A stretch of 64,000 bases of DNA from Octopus sinensis (GCF_006345805.1 NC_043003.1:41044001-41108000); one strand, 5' to 3'. Positions 13,982 to 28,416 are shown, counted from the stretch's first letter. Numbers and translations: made by a program. The notes: a model not told the origin generated them from the sequence alone.

Positions 13982-14612
13982 AAGGCGGCGAGCTAGCAGA
14001 AACGTTAGCACGCCGGGCGAAATGCTTAGCGGTTTCCCATCCGTCTTTATGTTCTTGGTACAAATTCCGCAGAGGTCGATTTTGCCTTTCATCTTTTCGG
14101 GGTCGATAAACTAGATACCAGTTGCGTACTGGGGTCAATCTAATCGACTGGCCCTGTCCCCAAAAATTTCGGGCCTTGTGCCTAGAATAGAAAAGTATAC
14201 TTGAGCAATGAAAGGGAGCGAGCTGGCAGAATCGTTATGGCGCGGTTTTCCGTCCGTCTTAACGTTCTGGGCTCAAATTCCGCAGAGGTCGACTTTGCCT
14301 TTCATCCACTCGGGGTCGATAAAATAAGTACCAGTGGAGTTCTGGGGTTGATGTAATCGACTTGCTTCCTCCCCCACATTGCTGGCTTTGTGTCAAAACT
14401 TCAAACCAAAATTTGAGGATTAGAAGTTAGCGAACAGGCAGAATCGTTACCGCGATGGTATTTCATTGTTCTGAGTTAAAATTCCACCGATGTCGACTTC
14501 GCCTTTTATTTTTCCAGGGTCGATAAAATATGTAACAATTGAGGACTGGTGTTGATAAAATTGACTTATTCCTCCCCATAATTTGTTGGATTTTTGCCAA
14601 AAATTGAACCCA
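13982..14612 (+). mobile_element. Three head-to-tail copies of a tRNA-derived SINE (MetaSINE/Sauria-like central domain)
   Basis: Heads ggcggcgagct(a/g)gcagaa at ~13983, ~14214 and ~14425; central gcctttcatc..cggggtcgataaa..taccag; divergence increases left to right. Confidence 0.85.
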
Positions 14613-15135
14613 ATACTTGAAGATTATATGGTGAACTCTTAGAATATCACACATTACATTAAATATCTCGTAAATATGTCTATCTCTGAGTGTTTATCGT
14701 TCTACCAGTGTGTGTTCATGGAAACGTCTATGCAAGTATTTATCTCCCTCTGCGCGTTAGAGTTTATCTTCAAAGTCATTACCTGCTGTTATATGGGTTT
14801 TTTGAGAGTCACTAAAACAGAGAACCAAGATAAGCAGAACGGTAAGACGCTGTGATATGTTTGTCTTTCTGATTGTCTTGAACAGTGTGTTTATCTCTTT
14901 GTTTATCGCCATGTATATGTATGTTCCTTATTCCTATCTATCTAGCAATATATATATATACATGGGGGAGAGAGAGAGAGAGAGAGACAGATAGACAGAC
15001 ATACAGAAAGAGAGAAAGAGTAGGGGGTTAGAGAGAAAGAGTAGGGGTGAGAGAGAAAGAGAGCGATACATATAGATATACAGATATATGTATATATATA
15101 TATAATATATATATATATACGTATATTTTTTCAAC

Positions 15136-15436
15136 TATATGATTATAAAAATATTATTATAATTAAGGGCGCTGGAATGCCAGTGGCTATACGCTAGAAG
15201 TAGATGTCAAATACCTTATATATTTCTCGCTGTATCTCTACTGAGGATTGGAAAGTAATCTTCCTTACAGAGCATGAAACTTTAAGATATAGGATTATCC
15301 GAAATTTTCTAAATCTTGGTCATTAATTCGCATTCGACCTGGGGTTATAAATAGAGAACAAATTTTGAGTGGATTGTAGGTACTTGCATTGTACTTCCTG
15401 CGCCCTTAATCATAATTATAATTTTATAATTATATA
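15136..15436 (+). mobile_element. Small non-coding element with ~55-60 bp terminal inverted arms enclosing a degenerate hammerhead
   Basis: tatatgattataaaa..taagggcgctggaa is inverted at ttcctgcgcccttaatc..ttttataattatata; internal CTGAGGA (15241) ... GAAA (15276) with partial stem I ctgtatctcta/taagatatag. Confidence 0.6.
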
Positions 15437-15516
15437 CTTAAATTAATTTTACCGATATGGTCATTTTTTTATACGCTAGCCAGTGGCAATGATTTTAATG
15501 ATTATATCCTCAATTT

Positions 15517-15547
<31 letters not shown>

Positions 15548-15585
15548 TATGTATGTATGTATGTATGTATGTATATATATATATA

Positions 15586-16885
15586 GTAGTAACAGAAAGG
15601 AGGAATTTCGATTATCCCTACGTGGTGAGTTGTAATATATATAAGAAATTAAAGAAGGAAAATATGCATATTTCGCATAGTTTTAATATCATTTTTAATA
15701 TATCAACCGGTTTCGCTCTCGCTATTCATGATATTATGTTTTACTTATTTGAATATGATATTTACGAGTGAATTACTTTAAAAGTAGAAAAATAAAGGGA
15801 GGTAATTGGTTATCATTATTATTGTTATTCTTGTGGACATGGGAGATAACTGTTCAGCTTTCGGTAAGGGGAGGAGAATATCTATGTACAGACAAAAAAA
15901 AAAGTTTTCGAAAAACTTGTTTAGTGAGGGGATTTATGTACAGTGATATAATCGTGAATTGAAATATGTAAAAAGAAAAAAAGTTGGTTATGCATGCATA
16001 TTATGACGTGTTCTGTATTTTTCAATGAAAAAAAGTTTATTTAAACATTCTTGTGGAGAGATTGTATCTTTGCACTGGTAGAAGGGGAAAACTGTGTAAT
16101 TTGGTTTGATGTTATCTGCACATGTTTGTATATGTTCACTGAAAGGAATTTTCCTGCTTTGCGGGAAACGGGTTTACTCTTTATGTAGAGTGGTTCTCTT
16201 TCTCAAAGTCATACTCGTCTGTCCAATAAAGTTGTGTCCGCAACCCGAGCAGGTTATTACATAAATTAGGTTCTCAGAGGCACAAGTGAAACCAGTTTTA
16301 ATTGTGAACTTCTGTCTTTGTTTGAAAAGGAAATCCGAGCCTTCAAGTAGGTTGGGGCAGGTGCCACAGTTTGGTTGTTTGTAAAGCTTCGCATTTGTTA
16401 GCAGTATCTTTAGCGATTTGTCTTGTTTTTGCATTTGAGGAGTTTGTGTGTTTTCAAGATATCGTTCATTTTTCGATCTTTAGTTAGTAAAGGAAGATTT
16501 TTCACGATAGTGTTGAATGCCTCACTGTTTCTAAGGTTGGGTGTTGATATAAATAGTAATGTTTTGAGATGAGATGTGGTACTATGTTTTGTTGTTCTTA
16601 GTGTTTTTATGTCTAATTGTTTGTCACGTTTAATTTTCTCGTCGATAAATGAGGGTGGATATAGTCTTTCTATTAGCGTTGATTTGAGGTCTTGAAGACG
16701 AAAGTCCCGAGTTGTTCTATCAGATACTATTGTGCAAATCCTTTTTGCCAAATTGAAAGGGATATTTATTTTGATGTGTTTCGGGTGGCATCAGTTAAAG
16801 AGGAGATATTGTTTTGAATCAGTTGGTTTATAACAGATGTCAGTTATGATTTGATTGTTGACTTTTTTTATCATGATGTCTAAGG
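15586..16885 (-). mobile_element. 5'-truncated Penelope-like element (RT thumb + GIY-YIG endonuclease + 3' HHR)
   Basis: Minus strand LDIMIKKVNNQIITDICYKPTDSKQYL..CHPKHIKINIPFNLAKRIC, then CGTCP..ENLIYVITCSGCGHNFIGQTSMTLRKRTTLH (GIY-YIG); stops and frameshifts. Confidence 0.92.
15700..15734 (-). ncRNA. Minimal type I hammerhead ribozyme, A3-U8 variant
   Basis: Minus strand ATATC-ATGAATA-GC-GAGA-GC-GAAA-CCGG-TT-GATAT: 5-bp stem I, GNRA-capped 2-bp stem II, palindromic CCGG loop III, GUU site. Confidence 0.75.
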
Positions 16886-17992
16886 TATCTCTTCCAATTT
16901 TCTCTAATGTAGAGGTAACCAAGTCACAAATAAACAACTTAGAAACATTCTTCGGTAATCACTCTAAAGTTAAATGTTATAAAGTTAAATGTATAAGGTA
17001 CAACACAGCATTAGGGTAAAAATCGTCTTTGCAAAACTTTTCTTCTTTCTCATTGGAAAGGAAATTTCACAATACTTTCTGCTTGCTGCGCAGCATGAAA
17101 AGGAATATGTGTATATCTATTCGCATGTAAATGAGATCATCTGAGTTTAAAATCCGCGATGCAAAAAGTAAAGTAAACTGAATGCAATTGGCATACAAAC
17201 TATAGAGATTTCTTCCTGAAAAAGCACATGCTTTGATAGAAGTATTATATAACGCGGTGGTGTTTCTACAAAAAGGCACTAACAAATCATATAAGGCTTG
17301 CAAGGCAACTCTTAAAAGAAGCCTCACCAGCACAACACGTCATCATTCTCAATTGGCAAACACTACACCACCTTCAGAGCATATTTGGAAATCGAAAAAC
17401 AAAGATATAAAAGGTAAAATCTCTACTATGTAATAAACAGTAATAGATAACGGAAAGGCATACAACTACGAATGGGATAACAATGGTACTCGAAACCAGA
17501 CAAAATAGCTATTATGCGTTGCTTTACATTAATCTTACATATAGAAATAGAAAGAAATTCCTGCATTCCAAAATGAGTCCAAAGATCTGTTAGGATTTGA
17601 AAGACAAAACCGTTTAACTGCATAGATTCCTTACATTCTTTTTCATTTGTTATACGTTGATGTGTAACATCGGCTGAAGCTCCATAATGATAGAACATAG
17701 TTTTGCATTTCAGTAGGTGTATTGCTTATGATTTATATATGTTATGCAAACGCACAAACCAGGTGTCCAGGTGCATGCACGTATATTTGAAAACTGCAAA
17801 ATATAGATGAACTGGCATGATAAAAAATGTCACCGCCAATATATGTGTGTGTGTGTATGTGTGTTTGTGCGTGCGTGCGTGAGTGTGTGTGAATGTATGT
17901 ATATACTTATATATATGCATATATACAATAATAATATATATATATATTAATATATACAGATATATGTGTGCGTTTGCAGAATAATACGTATG

Positions 17993-18065
<73 letters not shown>

Positions 18066-18985
18066 ATATATATGTATGTATATATAAATACATGTCCAAA
18101 TTCTCGTATAAATACGCAAATAAAATTAGGCATACAATCCTGTGCACAAAAATATATAAAAGTTTATACATACATACGCACACAGACAAACACACACGCA
18201 TATATAATACATACATATATACATACATACATGCGCACACACAAATATAACCATGCTTATATATACACGAAGTTAAAAGTCGATTACATGGCGGTTTATC
18301 TCTACAAACGCGATATAGTTAATTAAAATCTCATTTAATCGTGATTTTAATATATTTTTTATAATAGGGGCATTTATCATTTCGAGGCAATTTTCCCAGC
18401 TTGAAATATAATTTATATTTTTGACGTTATTCTCTTTTCTCGACTTCAAATAAAATTATCAGTGCTTATAATATTTAAAAGAAATCATGATGTATGCAAT
18501 AAATACCAAAATATACACACAGACACATACACAAACACACTCACAATAACCACACAATTTTAATCACTATCACACACTCAGAAACAAAACGCATAGAGAT
18601 TAATTCACGAAACAACCACAAACATGCACATAGAGTCACAAGCAATCACGCATGTAAAATCACACGCATGCGTCTACACGCATACACACACACGCAAATT
18701 ACATACACATACATATATAAATGCATACATTAACACGCACACACACACTTGTACGTATGCATATAAATATCTACTTGTATGTGTGTGTGTGTGGCTCTCT
18801 GCTTACATATGTGGGTATATGTATATGTATGACATATGTGTATGCATCTGTGCATAAAAATACATATATACATTTACTTACGTACACATATTTCGATGTA
18901 TAGCTTGCATATATATGTAACTAAGATCACGCACATTCGGAGATACATCAAGGATGTGTGTTTGTGTGTGTGCGTGTGTGTTTTG

Positions 18986-19049
<64 letters not shown>

Positions 19050-19256
19050 CTGTCTCTTATACTCTCCTTTTATACGCACACAACTTACACACACATATAT
19101 ATATATATACATAAACACAAACACATATTGTGTGTAGATGTTGGAGTATATGCACGCTATAATTGTGCAAAAATATGATAACCAACCAAAAAGAAGCATA
19201 CACACGTAGAAACACGTAGACTTGCACACGTGTATGAGTATGTGTACGTATATTGA

Positions 19257-19303
<47 letters not shown>

Positions 19304-19304
19304 A

Positions 19305-19346
<42 letters not shown>

Positions 19347-19379
19347 CATATATATAATATATATTTATATGTATATATG

Positions 19380-19463
<84 letters not shown>

Positions 19464-19529
19464 ATATATATATTATATGTATATATGTATATATATAATA
19501 TATATATATATACATACATACAGAGATAC

Positions 19530-20735
19530 AGGAACAGGTTGATCATAAGATCCTTCTGAGAAAGCTGTCCAATTGGTGTCACTGGAAAGCTGCTGCAATG
19601 GATCAAGTGCTTCCTGTCTAACAGAACCCAACATGTTGTAGTCGAAGGAGTCAAATCCAGCCCAGCCAAAGTCAGCAGTGGTGTCCCACAAGGCACTGTG
19701 TTGGGCCCACTTCTCTTCATCATCTACATAAATGATATTACTGACACCATCAAACACAGTAACATCAGAACCTTCGCTGATGATTCCAAGCTCCAGAAGG
19801 TCATCAATGGTGTGGATGACCGAATAAACCTTCAGTCAGACCTACTGGCTGTTGTCCAATGGGCGGAAAAGAATAACATGTTGCTAAATGAAGACAAATT
19901 CGAACTGATCCACTTTGGAAGGGAGGACGCTCTGAAACTCCCATACTCACTTCCTTCTGGAGAAATTCTCATGGCATCCAACAACATCAGAGACCTGGGA
20001 GTAACAGTGGACAACAACATAAGCTGGGCTACACATATAAGCAGCAAAGTTGACATGGCCCGCAGAATGTGTTCCTGGATACTCAGAACCTTCCAGTCGA
20101 GAGATTCCCACGCTATTATCCTTCTCTTCTCCACTTTTGCCCGACCCCACCTTGAATACTGCTGTCCACTGTGGTCTCCCTACACAAAACAAAATATTAT
20201 GAGAATTGAAGCTCCCCAAAGGTCAATCACAAAATAGATAGATGGCATGTCAGACCTTGACTACTGGGGTAGACTAGAGAAGCTGAAATTGTATTCACTG
20301 CAACGACGCCGTGAACGCTACATTATCTGTATGATGTGGAAAATATTCCATCAGCACTGTCCGAATGATGCTGGCATCACCTTCAAAATGCATCCAAGGC
20401 TTGGACCACGTGCCATCCGTCCACAACAAAAATCTAAATCACATCACATAACGACAATACGGCACAACTATTTCACCTCAATTGGACCCGCTCTCTTCAA
20501 CATTACACCAGGACACGTCAAAAAAGAAACTGACCACACAAAATTCAAGAAGTCTTTGGACAAATTCCTTCAAACAGTACCGGACAAACCACCCACACCC
20601 GGATATGTCTCCGCAAACAATAACTCTCTGCTCGAATGGGCCTTGGTGCCCAAATCCTGAACTGAAAGACTTCGCCAGGTGGTGCTATTAAGTTAGACAT
20701 GGCCTGGGCCAATACTGACCAAAAACCTTTCTAAG
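19530..20735 (+). mobile_element. 5'-truncated CR1-type LINE, relatively young (RT C-terminal half + 3' UTR)
   Basis: [78 protein letters not shown]. ORFs 19698-20237 and 20247-20660 are in frame across a single TAG. Confidence 0.93.
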
Positions 20736-21082
20736 TTATATGTGTATGTAAGTGCATGTGTGTGTATACTTTACTTATACCTGCATATACCATTCATGAA
20801 TGCATACATGCACATGCGTACACGTATGTACCTACATAATTACTCACGCATATAAATATAAATATGTGCAGGTGACGTAATCCTTCATTTCTTACGTTTC
20901 AGCCCCAATGCATCCTCCATGCGCATTCTCGCACTAAGCAGGCATTGATTTTAGAAACGGAGGCCGTTTTTTTGTAAACGTCTATACGTAATGATTTCTC
21001 AGGAGTGCTGTTAAAGCTTACGGCTTTTCAAACAACGCATCCAAGTTTAGCGCGATGTACAAATCTACAAATTACTCTCTCT

Positions 21083-21160
<78 letters not shown>

Positions 21161-21164
<4 letters not shown>

Positions 21165-22340
21165 GCCATTAAGAAGAAAATGTCCGATTTTCTTATGCAC
21201 CAAGTTTGACAGTCATTAACGTTAATGTTTTATCGAGACAATTCTTTGTTTTACAACATTGAAGAGTTACATCATCAGTTTTCGAAAAGCAGTCCATGAT
21301 ATTTGACTATGTTATGAGTTTTCTCTTGTAAATAAATTTTGGGAACCCATTGATAGATAAAAAATAATTCGTCTTTTTTATGAATATGAGTTCCGTCATA
21401 GGACCAATGCATCCCAGACAGCTCGAAACATCAATGAGTCGCTTGGTGAAGATGTGACGAATTAGCGCACTGTAAGTCGATGGTTTGAGAAGTTCCGGTC
21501 TGGTGACTTTACTGTCGAAAATCAGCCGCGTAGTAGACCTGAGACCAAGGTGGATAAGGATGAGCTGGAGAGTGTAGTGGAAGCGGATACATCACAAACT
21601 ACGCGTGAGTTAGCAGCAAGGTTTGTCGTTTCTATTCCAATTGTATTGGACCATCTGAAACAAATCGGGAAGATGAATAAATTGGACAAGTGGGTACCAA
21701 AGGAACTAGAAGAGCATGAAATGACACATCGTCTTGAAACTTGCTGTCACGACATAATAACGAACAATTTTCGCATCGTATTTTCATGTGGGATGAAACA
21801 TAGATTCTTTTCAATAATAGTATATTCACCAAAAAAATTAATGATGTCTGTTTGGTGGACCAGTGCTGGTGTCATCCATTACCGTTGCATGAGACCTGTT
21901 AAGTCATTGCAGCCGATGTATACATCAACCAACTGAATGAAATGTTGAGTGAACTTTCAATTAAAAAACCGAGATTGGGCCAATTCTGTTGCAAGACAAT
22001 ACTCGACCACATTCTAAATAAAGAACGTTACTCAAGCTACAGAAACTGAACTTGGAAGTTCTCTGTCATGCACCATATCTACCAGACCTTGCACCAACTG
22101 ACTATCACATTTTCCTGTCATTAGATAAAATTTTGTAAGGAAAAAAATTTTAAGTCTGAAGAAGATGCAAAAACAGCCTTTCGTGATTTCATCACCTCTT
22201 GCGGCCGGCATAAATAAGCTACGGATAAATACGCTATCAATAAAATGGCAAACTTTTGTTGATAATTTAGGTACATACTTTGATTAAATGCATTGCTTTT
22301 TGTTTGAGAAAATCAGGCTTCATATTTTTCACAGCTTGCA
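21161..22340 (+). mobile_element. Decayed mariner (Hsmar1/SETMAR-like) transposon
   Basis: RWFEKFRSGDF..SQTTRELA..WVPKEL..KKLMMSVWW..LLQDN..PYLPDLAPTDY; degenerate TIRs; left end in (TA)n. Confidence 0.9.
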
Positions 22341-22820
22341 GAACCTCGGAAAGTCTATTTTCTACGCATTTCGATCGAATCAAGAACGAGTTAACGCGTG
22401 ATCTCATATCGACAATGCAAACTTAATACAATCAAGGTATCTTTAGCCTGATGTGTAGCTTATGGGCTACCCTTCGTTTGGGTAATTTATTACATCCGGG
22501 GTTCCGCTCTGTAGTCTGGGTTTTCTCTACTCCACTCCCTAATATTTTAGATGCTTATTCGCATATACATCAACTCCTGTTGCTAACTGTGAACAGTAAA
22601 AATTAGCTTTTTTCAGCTTATCATACGTCCATACTGGAATAATTCACAGCCTTCTGCGCTGATAAACCACTATTGTCCCAGAAATATGTTTTTTTCATCT
22701 ACGGATTGCTTGAAGCTCACTAACTCCCTACACTTTGATCCTTGGATCTTACCTTTACACATACACGCGCGCGCACACACACACCAGCCCCCACCCTACC
22801 CAATATATATTTACGTTTAT

Positions 22821-23110
22821 GAAGGGTGTGGCTTAGTCATTAGGATATTCGGTTCATGATCGTTAAGTCATGTGTTCGATCACAGCGGCGCGTTGTGTTG
22901 TTGAACAAAACACTTTATTTCACGTTGATCCAATCAGCTGGCTAAAATTGATTGTACCTACGCTGTGTCACGCTGAATTCACCCTAAGAACTATGGTAGT
23001 GGTACGCGTGTCTGTAGAGTGCTTTGTCATTTACAGATCAATTTCACGAATGAGCTGCTCCCGTTGATCGAATCAACTGGAACCCTTGTCGTCGTAATTA
23101 ATGGAGTGCC
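22821..23110 (+). mobile_element. tRNA-derived SINE
   Basis: A-box tggcttagt, B-box gttcgatc, then gcgttgtgttgttgaacaaaacactttatttcacgttg, shared with 50345-50680. Confidence 0.7.
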
Positions 23111-23204
23111 ACTCACACACACACAGATACAGTACGTGATCGACCATACTCTCGGGTGTTGTTATTTATCGCTGGTCACAATGTCACACTGCGTTTTGCA
23201 ATTT

Positions 23205-23430
23205 TTGTTTTTAGCTTTCAAATCATGCCACTCTGCTGGCTAGGTAGGCAGGCTGACATTACCCTTCATACGAGAAGTGGTCTGTCGCAAGATTAACTAT
23301 TTACAGCCGAAGGGACTGGGGCAATATTAAAAGGAATATCTTGCTTAAAAGGACACAACGCGCCGCCGGTCTTGGAGGCGAAACCACGATCTCACGTCCT
23401 TGAATGCAACCGCCTTAATCATTAGACCAC
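23205..23430 (-). mobile_element. tRNA-derived SINE
   Basis: Minus-strand head gtggtctaatgattaagg..; tail ctagccagcagagtggcatgatttgaa is shared with 33958-34250. Confidence 0.65.
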
Positions 23431-23511
23431 ACACTTTCACTTGTATGTCTGTACATATACGTGTGTGTGTATGTGTATGGTGTATGTGTGTGCATATATA
23501 TGTATATATGC

Positions 23512-23589
<78 letters not shown>

Positions 23590-24139
23590 AGAGAGGAGAG
23601 AGAGAGAGATACATACATACATAGATACTATGGTACTGTCAGGCAACAACTTTAGGGGCATTAATTATCAAAAATAAGACGTTACATATAAATTATTTAC
23701 TTCAGTAAAGTGAATCCGTTAGGCCGAGAGTTTGTGCCTCCACGTTTAACGATACTGATCTTTTTAATTAATCAAAATGAAATGTTATTTACATTAACAT
23801 GACTTGTTAAAAAAAAATGGAGTGAAGAAGCACTCTTCTACTTGTTCAAGCACGCATCTCACGTCCAAATCATGTGATTTTAATCATTTTTCAACAATGG
23901 AAGAGGACATATTGTGTGATTTAATCAAAAGACTATAGCTTCATGCATGCACTCATTCACACTGGAAATCCATTAGAAAAACATAATAATATTGGCCCAC
24001 ACAAACATACATATATACATGCATTATATACATAAACACATGCATATAAATATTTGTATATACATATATGTATATATATTTGTATGTATATATTCATATA
24101 TATATACATATATATATATATATAATATATATATAAAAT

Positions 24140-27100
24140 ACAAAATGGGACAAGAACACAAAACATCCAGATAGGTGATATAAAGAAAATAAGGACGGAT
24201 AATTAGGAGTTTTCTTTCATGAGTCGAGTACCAGATTAGCTTCGCAATTTCGACGAAGGAGAACCAGAGGAGGAAACAAAAACCTCGATGGGAGTTTACT
24301 TTGACAAAATTCAGGCCTGACATCTCCATCACCCTGTGTAAACAATCCCGTTACAAAGCCAAATGCGAAACTATCGATGGTCAAATTGGAGACGAAATAT
24401 CAAAACAAACGACTGTAAATATAGCAGAACAAATGCGAAAACTATGATATCTCAAAAGACGAAAGCAGATCAAGAAAGTTATAGCAGCAGAATCAACTAT
24501 TTCTCAACAAATATGCTGCAAATTTTGGTAAAGACTCTAGGACCCTAAGTAATAGCATTGAAAGTGGACAATCCCACCAACGTAACAATCGCCAGATCCC
24601 GTGGCAACATGAACACTCGTTTCACCATGAATTCATGATTTAATACGGCAAGAACCCTTCTATTTTTTGTACTCAAACACACTAATGCAGACAATATGAA
24701 CAAAAAGCACAAACAAGATAGATATGCCTCTGGTCAGGTCATTAGGAATAGAAATAATAGATCATTTTCAAGGGCTCAATAGAGATTACCTACAAGATAC
24801 TGGGCAAAAATCCGATCTAGATCTGGAAGTAAACCTAGATCATTTCCTATGTTGTTAAAACAATACTAACAAGAAATTGAAAAATAACATAATACCAAAA
24901 ACAGGACAGAAAACACAACGAAACAAATTGAAATACCACAAACAAAACACGAAGTCCATGAAATAAGCATCAACAGGCATAAAAATCATAAACAGAGAAT
25001 AATCCATTTTTTAACGTCGGACAACAAACATCGAAGAAAGAAAAAATCCAAGATGTAACATACCTAAAACCACTAAACGTATTGATCCTAAAATACTTAA
25101 GTTATCCAAAAGAGATCTTGACAATGATGAATTCCAACTTCTGTCGAACTTCAATATCCTCCTGCTCAACCTACACCAATAGTCAACCACCAAGAACTAA
25201 AAGAGGATATCTACACATTCTGTCGTAGGTTACTAATAAAAGTAATGAGATTGATGAATCGCTAGTAAAAAATAGATCGAATTTCACCCCATCAAAAAGG
25301 AGGAATAACTATCTTGACCAATACATTGATATGCTGTCTAAATTTCCCCTTAGACGCAACACTAATGTTTGGCGAAACATTAACAAATCGGAGACGTCTG
25401 TACTTAAACGTATGCAAAACGATCAGACAATGACAATTAAAAAGCAGATAAAGGGAGTGCAATTGTTATTATGGCCGTCGAATACTACAAGGATTTGGCT
25501 GAGGATCAACTGCAGGACACAACCTGTCGTGAAATAACTTCAAATATAGACCGCTACATCAGGAAGAAGATCAACTACCTGGTGTCAAAACACAACTCAC
25601 TTACCGATAATGAAAAAGAGTACATCACCAATTTCGAACCAAAACGCAGCAACGTCTACGGTTTACCAAAAATAGATAAGTCAAAAGATATTCAACATGC
25701 AGTGAAAGAACAAGAAAGAGAGTACATACAATTACTATATCCAAAAGACTTAAAACTTAGATCTATTATAGATGGTCCAGCATGCCCTAACCATCGTCTA
25801 AGCAATTTTATTGACATTGTTTTGAAGCCACTCTGTATCTACATACCTAGTTTCATCCGGGATCACGTCGACTTTTTTTCCTTAAACGAATTCACTTTTA
25901 CTTAGTTTTGATGTGGAAAGCCTTTACACCAACATTCCACATGATTAAGGAACAAAGACGATTAAATACTGGGAAGAAAAACATGATTCCTATCAAATTC
26001 ACAGTGCAATCTATATTGGACATAGTTAGACCTATACTGGAAAACAACCCATTCTTTTTCAATGGAAAAAATTACATCCAAATTAAAGGCACGGCGATGT
26101 GAACGAGATTTGCTCCCGTTAACGCGCACTCTGTAATGTGATACTTGGAACAACAACTCTACCAAAAAGTAGAGGAAAGCTATAGCACTATATTTAGAAA
26201 GTATATTAAAAAGGCATGGAAAATATACCTTGACGACTGCTTCATAATCTGAACAGGATCTCTAAATACTCTGGAAGAGTTCAATATCCTCTTGGACAAA
26301 CTACACCCATCTCTACAATTTACAAAAGTGATCAGTAGTAACAAATTACCATTCTTTACCAAAAATATATACTATTAACACACGGATACTCATCAATACA
26401 GGAAATTTAAGTCGTGCCATCCACCACATACAAAACGCAAGATCCCATATTTCCTAACCAGAAGAATATGTACCATTGTAGTAGATACGAATATAAGGAA
26501 CAAACGCCAAACAGAAGTAAGAGGAATTTTGCTCAAACAAAAATACCCGTCTCTACTTATAGAAAATGGCAGACAGCGGGTTATAAAAATACCCATATAA
26601 CAAATGAGGACAACCTACAGAAGAAGGAAGCAAGAAAAAGTCATATCATTTATAGTAACATACAGCCAATGTCACCAGAATATCTACAACATTGCTAAAG
26701 CAAACATACCAATCATTGATCAAAGTAATGAATTTAAAGATATAATCACGGATCGAGATGTGGTTCTTACTAAAAGATAGCATAAAAACTTGTACAAAAT
26801 TATTAACAAAGGCAAAGTTTGATCTTAGCAACGAAGACCAATCATTCACTGTATCTAAATGCAATGATAGCCGAGTGGCACATGCCTATTCATACATACG
26901 GGTCAATATATGAACACAAAAGCCGGAAAAATATTCACGAACGTAAATATGAACTGCAGAAGCAGAAATTTAATTTACTGCATCAAATGCCCAAATTGTG
27001 AAGATCAATATGTGGGTCAGACTGGAAATGTACTATCAGAACCTTTACATGTGCAAATTAGAAACCCAGAACTCCGTCAGTTACCCTTGAACAATATGTG

Positions 27101-27360
27101 GTCGCAAAATATTTATAAGTTTTCCATTCCACAAACTACACAGTACAAATGAAATCTAGAGAAAAATCAGAGAAAAGAACTTTATTGATAAATTCCAACT
27201 CAAGCTAAAAATAAACAACAACAACAACAATAATAATAATTATATAGGTACTATTTCTACTGCTACGGCAACTACCACTTACAATTACAATAATTCTAAA
27301 GATATGCATGATGACGATAGCAGGAAAATACTACCTAAATCTAGAGAAACGTCAGTAAAA
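24140..27360 (+). mobile_element. Near full-length decayed Penelope-like element
   Basis: RT motifs VYGLPKIDK, LRSIIDGPACP, FDVESLYTNIP, NNPFFFNGKNYIQIKGTAM and KIYLDDCFI; GIY-YIG NLIYCIKCPNCEDQYVGQTG; many stops and frameshifts. 5' boundary uncertain. Confidence 0.9.
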
Positions 27361-27539
27361 ATAATCTTACTGAGGTTCTAAAGTTCTATTACCATAGCTA
27401 CACCTAACACCACCACAATCACAACCACCACCACCACCACCAGCACCAATGACAACAATATTAAAGGTGATGATAACGGTGATAATGATTATTGAAATGT
27501 AAAAACTCCCTGGAAATATTTACATTTCCAAAAAATAGC

Positions 27540-27789
27540 CAAAGCAATTACTGAACTGAAGGGAAGGATTATGGCAGCATTAAACAAGGTGACCGTCCAG
27601 AAAAGTTGCAGGAGATTCCGAAGTCGTCTAAAAGCCGCGGATGAAGTCAATGGCGATTTTATCGAATAAATTTACTCTAGTATTTCAAGATATTTTTATG
27701 TAATTTTGGTAAATATGTCAGTTACAAGCGACGTCAGTGTTATTTTCACTTTTGCATTATTTAGATGACAGTTTATTCAACAACCCCTG
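27540..27789 (+). mobile_element. 3' fragment of a Tc1/mariner (maT-like) element
   Basis: ELKGRIMAA..TVQKSCRRFRSRLKAADEVNGDFIE* followed by a TIR-like end ..ttattcaacaacccctg. Confidence 0.7.
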
Positions 27790-27901
27790 TGCGTAAGTGT
27801 GTGTGTGTGTTTGTGTGTACATATACATACATATGTATATATATTATATATATACACATGCATACATACATACATATATATATATATATACATACATACC
27901 C

Positions 27902-27963
<62 letters not shown>

Positions 27964-28037
27964 TTATATATGAGGATAATATCGATATTTAAGTGTCGAA
28001 ATTATCAAGTGGCCAGCATGAAAGAAATACCTTACAA

Positions 28038-28085
<48 letters not shown>

Positions 28086-28416
28086 TAACAAGCGTGGTCA
28101 TATTGAAATAGTCACGTCTGTTTCGAACATTCATCGATATTGAGGACATAGTGCAATATTTAGAATGGATTGGATGATTTTAAAGAATTATGAACTCAGT
28201 CTATCCAATAATTTCTTTCATTAGCAGTTATGATCTGAGGAATTTGAAGCCACATTTGTTTCAATCCATCCATCCATTCATCCATACATACACGTGCACA
28301 CATATATATGTATACATACATCCATGTATCAATCTATCTTCGTATATATAAATATATATATATATATGAACACACGCACATATAAACAACTATATATGGC
28401 AAATGAAAGGTAAATG

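Noticed and set aside
17206-17413. Open frame FLPEKAHALIEVLYNAVVFLQKG.. ending at AAG|GTaaaa
   Set aside because: No pyrimidine tract at the putative acceptor and no recognised homology.
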